DNA from: Raillietiella orientalis
Taxonomy: Eukaryota
Assembly: GCA_036172245.1 (NCBI GenBank)
Contig: JAYWIR010000087.1
Coordinates: 248,001-293,062 of the forward strand
Direction: 5' to 3'
Length of the DNA stretch: 45,062 bases
Under the pieces are notes generated by a model, which was not told where the DNA came from, made no database searches, and worked only from the letters and a program-made list of their open reading frames with translations. Below are positions 1 through 8,507 of this stretch, piece after piece (the first letter of the stretch is position 1; each line of letters begins with the position of its first letter). The position numbers were made by a program, and so were the translations under genes.

Positions 1-663
1 CAAGGATCGTCCTGGAACAGCGTATGTCTGTTCCGGACTGACCACTGAATCCGCTACCCGTTTCAGTCGCTCAGCACAAAGCTTGGCAAGCAGCTTCGCA
101 TCCGCATTCACTAATGTGATGAGACGCCAGTTGTTTACGTTACGATTGTCTCCTCCTTCCGGCAGGAGACGTACTCCAACTGACTGGAACGATTTGGGGA
201 AGTCCACTTGTTCTCTGATCAGCATGCAAAACCGATAAACCACGAGGGCCAGCTCATTCACGAATCCTTGGTAGAACTCCGCGGGCAGGCCTTCTTTACC
301 TGGCGCTTTTTTTTTCTGAGCTTTCCGATATCGGAGGTGATCTCCGCCATCGAGAAAGACCCCACGAGTTTATGTTTTTGCTCCTGCTGTAACGCGGGAG
401 CGCCTTGCGGGAGCGAGCGCTGCGCCTCGGCGCGCTCTGTTGACCCTCTTGCGTGCAGAAAGGAGTAAAAGTCACGCAGGATGCGGTTTATTATCGCTGG
501 AGCTGAGCATTCCTGGCCTTGGGCATCCAGCAAGGTGACCAACCCGGATTGCCAGGTCTGTCTCAGCCCCAGCTTTATACCATCCCAGGCGTCGAACCTC
601 GGGAATCCTACAGTAAAGACGAACGCAATGGTATGCCCGGTCGTTCTTCAGCCCTTGGTCGAA
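1..663 (-). pseudogene. LINE (L1/Tx1-like) ORF2 fragment H: linker and start of RT, runs off the window
   Basis: Minus-strand frames give LLDAQGQECSAPAIINRILRDFYS..FSMAEITSDIGKLRKKK and NWRLITLVNADAKL..YAVPGRS, colinear with the intact ORF2 at 2915-6493; frameshifted. Confidence 0.85.
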
Positions 664-664
664 A

Positions 665-2686
665 GTCGGTGTAGGTGGACGTGTTTTTTGGCCGCTCCGC
701 CAGCGCTTGTCTGGGCAGCAACCGAAGTTCTTGCAGTTAGCTCTCAAGTGTGGGTCATCGGTGACCGATGGCAGTCGTGCCAGAAAACAACGCATTGGAT
801 GTAGTCGTGGAAGAGGCAAGTCCTTCCACACAACCTACAGCTATGGCGGCAACAGTCCCTGGACCGGCTTCGCAGCCGGCGAAGGCTTGGAGCGAAATGG
901 TCGCCGAACCCAGTACGGAAGCCTTGGCCGAGGAAGTCGCTTATCTGGCCTGTGAATACAAGCCATCGCTTATATACAAGGTAGGCCCTTTTTTTAAGAG
1001 AATCATGGCGCGCTCTTCCAGCAGAGCGCTTCAAAATGCTAATGTACGTGAGGAAGATCTGCAAGGTCTGTGCGTGCTCAACGGGGCGCAGCGTGTTGAG
1101 CCGGTGTGCAGGAGCTTCAGCTTAGCCGATCGCCTGATAAATACCCCGCTGATCATGAACGGCCGTTAGGTCTTTCCGGTGTCAATGAACCACTCGGTAG
1201 TGGTCCACTTCACAGGAATATCTAAGCGCATGACGTGCAATGCCGTCAAAGAAGAATTAAGTAAGTACGGGGACGTACGCGCGCTGTGGCCGAAGCCCAC
1301 TATCTTTGAGTGCTACGGACGCCACTTGGAGGCCTCGCCGCGGCACGTGTGACCCCAAAAGACGATGCGAAGCTTCCCCACAAACTTAAGGTCGCAATAG
1401 AACCGGTAGACCTCTGGTATGCGTGCAAGCCACGGTATTGCGGCTAGTGCGATGCGGTCGGACACATCCGAAAGAGGTGCCCGAACATCGTATGCTACTT
1501 GTGCGGGGAAAAGGGACACGTCCGTCGCGTGTGCCCTAAACGCCTCAACCCAATTTCCTCGGCCGCCAAAATGGCGCAAGGGAAATTGGAAAACCGAGAA
1601 ATTGGACGAGAAAAGCTGCCAGGAACCCGAGCTCCAAGCGCGGCGTCGGAGAAAAATCTCCTTGAAACCGCAGAGGGAGAACAGGGCTGGCAGCTAGTCA
1701 AAGCCAAAAAAGAGAAACATGACAAGGATGTCCCGAAGAAAGGAGAGAAGGCGGCGTCTGGAACAAACGCTAAATCGGTACCGCGCGAAAAAACTCTCCG
1801 AGAATGCACGGCTACGCTGGAGCGCATTGACGTTCCCGCCGACAACACCGGAGGCGATACGGCTTCAATCGATTTTCCCGCCGCGACGGTTGTGCGCGAA
1901 AACCCACCCCCTGCTTGCGAAGAGTGTCAGCCGGGCTACAAACTCGCCAAAACCGGGGACGCAGCCCTCAACAAGTCCGCGGAGGAGCTTGCGGCAACGC
2001 TTGCCGAACGGGAAAACCCTTCGCAGAAGGGGTTGCGCAGGCCGGCAGCGGCTAAAATGGCCCCAGCAGTTTAGTCCAACCGGAAGGCCGAATGCGCATC
2101 CTCCTCTTCGGAAGCACCACCAAGGAAAGCGGGGCAAAAATCCCAGAAACCCTCAGGTGCATTCCGCTTCTGCGCGAGGGTGATGCAATGGACCAGGAAC
2201 CAGTGGATGGCAGCGTGGGAGCCCATGTCGGGCATCACCCACGTGCGGAAGCCGACGAGGGGGCGACTTTAATGGAAGAGGGTACCAAGGGGTCAGCAAT
2301 GCCCCCTGAAACCGCCGAACCTGAACCAGCTGCACCAATGGATGTGGGCCAACAGGTACGAACAACACCCCCTTCGCACGGGCAGCCGGAGACGTCGGCA
2401 CGTAAGAAGGATGGGGAGTTAGTGGGCAAGACGACAACCTCGTCCAACGACCCGCCTCAAAAGGTGGAGAGAGCTTCACCGTCAGGTTCCAAGGAATAAC
2501 ACCTGGACTCGCCTGTCGCCATCGGATCCGCGCGGGCTGTTGGAATTTATCGGGCTGCGCGACGACGGAAACAGGCCTGATACAGCCGTCACCTTGCGAG
2601 ATTTCGACCTGGTGCTTTTGCAGGAGATCCACGCAATCACCGCAAAAGACGCCCAGGAGATCGGAACGATCGCTGGGGGCGGTTGT
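665..2686 (+). mobile_element. 5' part of older LINE C: 5' UTR, degraded ORF1 (~768-2499) and first ~60 codons of the ORF2 endonuclease
   Basis: GGACGTG at 677; ORF1 motif EEVAYLACEYKPSLIYKVG; knuckles CG*CDAVGHIRKRCP and CYLCGEKGHVRRVCP; EN start GCWN..DFDLVLLQEIHAI. Interrupted by element A. Confidence 0.85.
2677..2686 (+). repeat. Target-site duplication of element A, left copy (GGGCGGTTGT; right copy 8508-8517)
   Basis: Exact 10-bp direct repeat at both junctions; removing A and one copy restores the EN frame ..GTIAGG/RLYWRCGARNTCGVAF. Confidence 0.85.
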
Positions 2687-2914
2687 TTGTCACCCGGGTG
2701 CGCCGGGGCGTTTATTATAAACTATCCGGGAACAGGGTTCCCGAACAAAGGGGAAAACAAGAGACGAAGGGGGTGGGATCCCCGACACGCAGGTCGGTAT
2801 GCCGAAAGTCCGGAACGGGAGGGAAGGGACCACAAACACACTACTATATAAAAAAATAAAAGAAAAATATGGAGGGCAGGGGACAGGGGTCTTTGGTAAA
2901 TCCGTTCCTTCCTT
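2687..2914 (-). promoter_or_regulatory. Structured 3' UTR of A: CUGCGU-loop hairpin, second hairpin, AATAAA and terminal CCCGG-N5-CCGGG hairpin; no poly(A)
   Basis: Stems at 2782-2797 and 2727-2743; terminus reads AATAAACGCCCCGGCGCACCCGGGTGACAA; equivalent structures in other copies. Confidence 0.7.
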
Positions 2915-5900
2915 TCAAAACCGGCGATGGATGCCGGCGATCTCTCTCCTTACGCTCTGTGGCAGATGGGCCCACTGGGCAGCCGACGACATGTTTGCGC
3001 TGGCTAATCCGGTGGGCTGACGAAGGATGACCAGCTTCTCCAACTCTCGGTGGGCCTTGTCGATGGCGCGGGTGCAACACACGGTTGCAACGACAGCACC
3101 CAATGACAGGCCGCCTGGCGTGAAGAAGCGGCGCATCAACTCCCTCGCGGTGTCCCCCTGGTGCAGGAGAGCTGAGGCCAGCCTCCGCCAGAGTCCTAGA
3201 AGGGCACCGCAGTCCAGGAGCAGGTGCGGGAGCGTTTCCACTTCCCCGCACCGCTTACAGATTGGGGAGACGACTCCCCCGGAAACAAGGTTCGTGCGCT
3301 GGTTGGAGTGAAAACCCCAATGCACCAGCATAATCACATCCTGCTTCCACGAAAGGGGGAACACAGAAGTGTTCAGACACGAGGGAGGAACCACAAGTTC
3401 TTCAAGGGGCACACTCAAGTGTTCGCTCCACCGAAGGAGTCCCTTCGGAACGTGGCGAGGCGTGGCGGCGTCCGCCAGCTCGCAAGTCTTCCAGCCGCCA
3501 ATAGGTCGCGTTGTTCCTGCGATGGTGCAGGCGACCTCCCATCTCGCCGGTTCGCAACTGTCATCTCCTGCCCTGAGGGCTGACAGCGCGTCTTCGAGGG
3601 GGGTGACGGCCAGGCGGGTCCACTTCTCCTGGCTGTTGCACACCTCATCCACCGTGCAGTACGGGGAGAGGTGAGCGCAACGGAGTTCCAGGAGGGAAAC
3701 ATCCTGGTGCTTTGCCCAGCCATGCAACGGTTCCTGCCGCGAGGCTTGAAAGTTCGTTGGGCGGCAGGAGATCCATTCCTGGGCTTCCAGGAGCCGATAC
3801 AGCGGTTTCAAGGGGAAACCGAAGCTTCTCGTGGCGCGCTCCGTGTGCGGCCGCAGCGACAGAAGTCCATCGCTGCCTGTGCAGCGCCGCAGAAGCAGGC
3901 GCGCGGGAGCGCACCACGAAGTGGACCAAAGGTTGGCGCACAGGGCCAACATCCGAAGCTGCACCTGCAGCTCGATTCTCTCCAGCGTCGGGATGCCTAA
4001 TCCAGCATCCCGACGCGGAGCCGCCAAGTCTTTGAGGCGGATCCTGGACCTCGCAGGTCCCCACAGAGCGTTCCTCAACAGGCTGTGCGCCTGGAGCTTG
4101 GCCGAGTAGGGGGGCGGGCAAACAAAACGCAGGGGGCGCAAGAGAGGGGCAACGAAGGTGTTCCATATCGTGGCCCGCTCCGGCAGGACGAACCTGCCAT
4201 GGTGGAACGGGCTCAGGGCATTCGAAGCCTTCCGAAGGCAGTCCGACCACACTACCATTGGGCTGATGTTCCCCAGCGGAACGCCCAGATATTGCACGGA
4301 GGAAGCGGTCGGGATCCCCAGGCGGATCCAGTCGGACTGCCCCTCCCACGCCGCACCAATAGGTACGACCACGCTCTTGCTCCGGTTTACGCTCATGCCC
4401 GCTCCCCGGCGAATCAGCTCGAAGAAATCCTCGAGACTGGATGCCGGGGTGGTCATGGGTAAGAGGAGGAGCAGGTCGTCAGCATAGGCCGCCACGGACG
4501 GCGTTCCTGGACAAGAGCTCGGCAGGTTGGCCAGCGTCAGCCTGTACGCCCTCAGCACCAACTCAAAGAAGATGCTGAAGAGCAACGGGCTTAAGCTGTC
4601 GCCGTGCCTGATGCCCCGCCGCACCGGAACGCCGTACACGTGGCAGCCGCTAAAAGAGATGGAAATGAGCGCGTGGCGCCAGCAAGCGCGCAAATACGCC
4701 ACGAGTTGCAACGGGAGACCGAGGCGTTCCAGGAGCTCCAGCAGGAGATCCTGATTTACGCAATCGAACGCCTTGCGGAGATCGACCGCGACCGCCAAGG
4801 CACCCGGCGCTTCCCCAGGCCGAATGCAGCGACGCCTAGCCTCGGCAGCCGCAGACGCGGTTGCCTGGCTGTCGTGCGCCACGCAGCGTTGCAGCTCGAG
4901 CCACGTGCGCGCAAAGAACAGGTTCGCCTCCATGGACCGCCCGGGAACAGCGTAAGACTGCTCCGGACTTACCACGGATCCAGCGATCCTGCCCAGGCGC
5001 GCGACCCACAGCCTGGAGTACAACTTGACGTCCGCATTCACCAAGGTGATGGGACGCCAGTTGCTTAAATGGCGCATGTCTCCGCCTTCCGGCAACAGAC
5101 GCACCCTTGCTGAGCGAAACGAGGCCGGGACATTGCCCGTCTCTCGCATCAGCGCAGAAAGCCTCAGCACCAGGGGGATGAGTTCCGCCGCGAAGCACTG
5201 GAAGAACTCCGCAGGCAGACCATCCTCACCTGGCGCCTTGCGCTTCTTGAGGCCCGCTATGGCGGAAGACACTTCTTCCGCCGTGAAGGGCAAGTCAAGA
5301 GTGGCGCGTTCCTCCTCGTCGACCGCCGGGGAATCCGCCGGCAGAAGCAGCTCCGAGAGACTGCGTTCCGTCGGCTCCCTAGCGTACAACAAGGAGTAAT
5401 AGCGCTTTAGGAGGTGGCGAACTTCGGCCGCGCCCGAGCACTCCAGGCCCTGGTCGTCGAGCAGACAAGCTGCTCCTGACTGCCAGACCTGGCGCTCGGC
5501 CTTGGCCTTGTACTCCGCAAGGTACCGGACGTCCGGGCATCGAAAGAATTGGCGGGCCTGCAGAAACTCTCTGCTGTTGGCCACGCCTTCCCCGAAGCCA
5601 CGGGGAAGCAGGCGCAAAAGGAACCGGCTGCAGAACTCGCGGACCGATCTTTTCAGATCGTCCCAGTCCACGAGCTCTCGAACGGCAAAGGTCCGGAGAT
5701 GCTGGCGGAGGTGCTCCGCAGCCACCGGATTTCTCAACCAGTCGGCCGGCAACCTCCAGACGTGCGTCGGAGGGCCCTTACCAGGCGGGAGTAGCTCAAA
5801 CTCCAGCCTGTAGTGGTCGGAAAGCTCGGACGGCACGGGACCTCTTCGACCCACCCGGCAATGCAGGTGATCGTCGAGGAACACATGGTCCGGCAAAGCA

Positions 5901-6493
5901 CGCATTCCGGGATCGTCGGCCAGCAAATTCGAGGCGTGCACCGACGCGCAAACCTCGTTCACCAGCCGTTTCTCCCGGCGACGGTGAGACTCCTCCGATA
6001 GCGCGTGGACGTTGAAGTCCCCGGCTACAAGGTGAGCCACGTCGGGGCCGGAGTTGCTGAGCCAGCGGTCGCGCAGTCTCTCGAAAAACTCCAGTTTCTC
6101 GGTGTGACGCGCGGAGCCGCTCGGCGCGTACACGTTCGTGACGACAAGGTTGATCGATTCGGACCACTTGAGAACAAGTTGGCCCACACGACCTTCCTCG
6201 TCGAAACAAACGCTCCGCACCCCTCCCGCCACCCTGCCCCGGACAAGGAATGCGACTCCGCAGGTATTCTGGGAGCCTGACCTCCAATGGAGCGTCCCGC
6301 CTGCGCGAACTTGCAGATCGGCCGCTTGCTGCTCGGAGAGTGCGTGAATCTCCTGCAGCAGGGCCAGATCGAAGTCGCGCAAGACGTTGGCAACCAATCG
6401 CCTCTTCTCGTTGTCCTGCAGCCCGTTGAAGTTCCAACAGGCCACTCGGACGCGACGGGAAGAAGCGAGACCGCGAATTGCTGCTACGGACAT
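2915..6493 (-). CDS. ORF2 polyprotein: APE endonuclease + reverse transcriptase + C-terminal CCHC finger (1192 aa)
   Basis: EN motifs WNFNGL, LQE, NVYAP, AGDFN, DH, SDH; RT motifs KAPGEDG, NWRPITLVNADVK, DLRKAFD, GIRHGDSLSPLLF, YADD, YLG; CKRC-x7-H-x4-C. Confidence 0.95.
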   Translation of the reverse strand: MSVAAIRGLASSRRVRVACWNFNGLQDNEKRRLVANVLRDFDLALLQEIHALSEQQAADLQVRAGGTLHWRSGSQNTCGVAFLVRGRVAGGVRSVCFDEEGRVGQLVLKWSESINLVVTNVYAPSGSARHTEKLEFFERLRDRWLSNSGPDVAHLVAGDFNVHALSEESHRRREKRLVNEVCASVHASNLLADDPGMRALPDHVFLDDHLHCRVGRRGPVPSELSDHYRLEFELLPPGKGPPTHVWRLPADWLRNPVAAEHLRQHLRTFAVRELVDWDDLKRSVREFCSRFLLRLLPRGFGEGVANSREFLQARQFFRCPDVRYLAEYKAKAERQVWQSGAACLLDDQGLECSGAAEVRHLLKRYYSLLYAREPTERSLSELLLPADSPAVDEEERATLDLPFTAEEVSSAIAGLKKRKAPGEDGLPAEFFQCFAAELIPLVLRLSALMRETGNVPASFRSARVRLLPEGGDMRHLSNWRPITLVNADVKLYSRLWVARLGRIAGSVVSPEQSYAVPGRSMEANLFFARTWLELQRCVAHDSQATASAAAEARRRCIRPGEAPGALAVAVDLRKAFDCVNQDLLLELLERLGLPLQLVAYLRACWRHALISISFSGCHVYGVPVRRGIRHGDSLSPLLFSIFFELVLRAYRLTLANLPSSCPGTPSVAAYADDLLLLLPMTTPASSLEDFFELIRRGAGMSVNRSKSVVVPIGAAWEGQSDWIRLGIPTASSVQYLGVPLGNISPMVVWSDCLRKASNALSPFHHGRFVLPERATIWNTFVAPLLRPLRFVCPPPYSAKLQAHSLLRNALWGPARSRIRLKDLAAPRRDAGLGIPTLERIELQVQLRMLALCANLWSTSWCAPARLLLRRCTGSDGLLSLRPHTERATRSFGFPLKPLYRLLEAQEWISCRPTNFQASRQEPLHGWAKHQDVSLLELRCAHLSPYCTVDEVCNSQEKWTRLAVTPLEDALSALRAGDDSCEPARWEVACTIAGTTRPIGGWKTCELADAATPRHVPKGLLRWSEHLSVPLEELVVPPSCLNTSVFPLSWKQDVIMLVHWGFHSNQRTNLVSGGVVSPICKRCGEVETLPHLLLDCGALLGLWRRLASALLHQGDTARELMRRFFTPGGLSLGAVVATVCCTRAIDKAHRELEKLVILRQPTGLASANMSSAAQWAHLPQSVRREIAGIHRRF

Positions 6494-8414
6494 AGAGGTG
6501 CGTTCCTCGCCCCGTCCGGCGAGGCATCAGCCGGCAGCACGGCGGATGAGGTAGCGCAAGCGCTTCCTGTCCCCGCCGCGCCGCTCGCGGCCGGCTCGGT
6601 GGAGTCGAGGACCATTGCCTCGGGCTCCGAGGAGCATCGGGAACCGTTCCCGGCATCAGGCTCTTGCCTGGCAAGTTTTGGCTTGCGCGCAGCCCTGGCC
6701 TTGACCGGGGCTTGGCGAGCCTTAGCGCTGCCCTCGGACTCCACCTCGGAGTCCGAATTGCGCGCGCGCGGCGGCGGGCGTTTCGCCTGCCTCTTTGTTT
6801 GCTGGCAGCCCGAAGCTGGTCCAGCACTCTTAGAGGGTGCCTTCGTCGCCGATCCCCCTTTCGGGGTGACGGCTTCGGCAGCTCCCCTCTCGCCGCGGGT
6901 GTTTGCGGCGGCGCGCGCGGCGGCAGCAGAGGCTTTTCCTTGCGCCTTTCTGGGCGCGCGGGTTGCCTCTTCACCCCGCCTACCTTTTGGATCGGGAAGT
7001 GGGAAGGATCGCGCGGTTTGCGCTCCTTCTTTCCCCCGACGAAGGTCCAGCCATCCTCGCCGCCTTCCTGTTTGCCCCGGTTGGGCGCGAGGGCTTCCAG
7101 GGTCCTTCGCATCCTTTCCAAGGCCTCGGATACAGCGATGGAGGCCAGTGTCTCCTTCGCCACGTCTGCCTTCTGCACCTCCTTACCGGGAGGTGCGGGC
7201 ACAGTGGCGGGATTCTCGGGTGTCGCGCGAGGCTTTTCAGCCTTTGCTGGCGTTCGGCCCGCCGTGGCCGGCTTGCCTGTCGCGGGCAAAGGGGCGCGCG
7301 ACCCCTTTTTCGACGCTCCGGTGGTCTTCCCGGGCGTGCCACCGCTATTTCGCTCCGGAGCGAGAGCGGACGGAAGCGGCGGTGGTTTTGCAGCCTGCCC
7401 GATGTTATCGGCGGGCTGGGTCGCTCGGGGCTTTACTGAAGCAGCCTGGAGGAGCTTGTCCTTTCGCGTGGGTTTTTGTGGAGCATTGCTCCGAGAATCG
7501 CCCGCGCAAGCGGACTTTTCACTTCTCCGCTGAGAATGCTCGTTCGCGCCTGATTTCTTCCCCGACGACGGGGCGGATGGAGTCGGCGCGGACGGCGATG
7601 TTGCGGGGGGGTTTCTCGCCCTCCTCTTTCGTTTCAGCTCGGAGCACTCGTTAATCGAGTGGCCGAGCAGCTTACAGTATCGGCAACTGCGTGTTGGGCA
7701 CTTCCGCGGACGGTGGCCCTCCTTCCCGCAGTTGCCGCAAGCGGGGGTTTGCCCGGCAAACCGGAGATAGACGACGACGTCACCGAGGAGGATCTGCGAA
7801 GGCATGAGCCTCCGGTCGTCCATGGTGACGCGCGCCGTCGCGAGTCCGCAAGAGAGGCGCGCGACTTTATCGATCGGGTTCGCGCGCCTCCACATCGCGT
7901 GCACTGTGGCGAACGCCTCGAGTGCAACCATGATGTCGCGGTCCGTTATTCTCGGCCTAATTCCCGAGAGCTGGACCACGAACGATTGATCCAGGGCCGA
8001 GGGGACGACCTCCTTACCCCTGATTTTCAGGGGGGTTCGCAGTAGGCGCTGGACGAGGGCTGTATCCTTGCAGTGCACCTCCCAATGGCCTACCGCGCTC
8101 ACTGGCATAATTGCCAGGAGATCGTCCTCTCGGACCCCTACGCGTTCCAGCTCGCTCCAGAGCTGGTTGCCCGTCCCATCCCGGTACGCGGCACTGACCT
8201 TGTAGGCCAGAGGGGGGTTGTAGCCGCTCGCGGCGTACGCCCGCAGCTCTGCCTCGTCGGGTGGGGCTCCGTGAGCCGCCGCTGCCTTAGCAACGGCGGC
8301 AAAACTTCTCGCTGGAGGCGAGGGACGATCGGTGGAGGCTTCCGCTCCTCCCGAAGAAGGTCCTGCGGCGCAGGGGGATTCCTCCACCTCCATTTCTGCG
8401 GGCACTGGCTTCAT
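6484..8414 (-). CDS. ORF1 (RRM-like region, two CCHC knuckles, long low-complexity tail), apparently with a -1 frameshift near 6990-7035
   Basis: CGNCGKEGHRPRKC and CRYCKLLGHSINEC. The zero frame runs to 5796 as Arg-rich sequence; the -1 frame gives an A/K/S/P tail ending in TAG at 6484, overlapping the ORF2 ATG region. Confidence 0.8.
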
Positions 8415-8507
8415 TTTCGAATGAAAAATTTCACCACACCCAAAAGGAACAACCGCAAAGAAGCACCAAAGACGGAGCGCAAGAGTGCACGTCCGAACAA
8501 TGGAGGA

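Larger units (their letters stand above)
2687..8507 (-). mobile_element. Full-length L1/Tx1-like non-LTR retrotransposon A (~5.8 kb)
   Basis: 5' GGACGTG (8494-8488), ORF1, open ORF2, structured 3' UTR with AATAAA, flanking TSD. Confidence 0.93.

Noticed and set aside
6287..7654. 455-aa plus-strand ORF and many other overlapping ORFs
   Set aside because: Shadow frames of GC-rich LINE coding sequence with no independent motifs.
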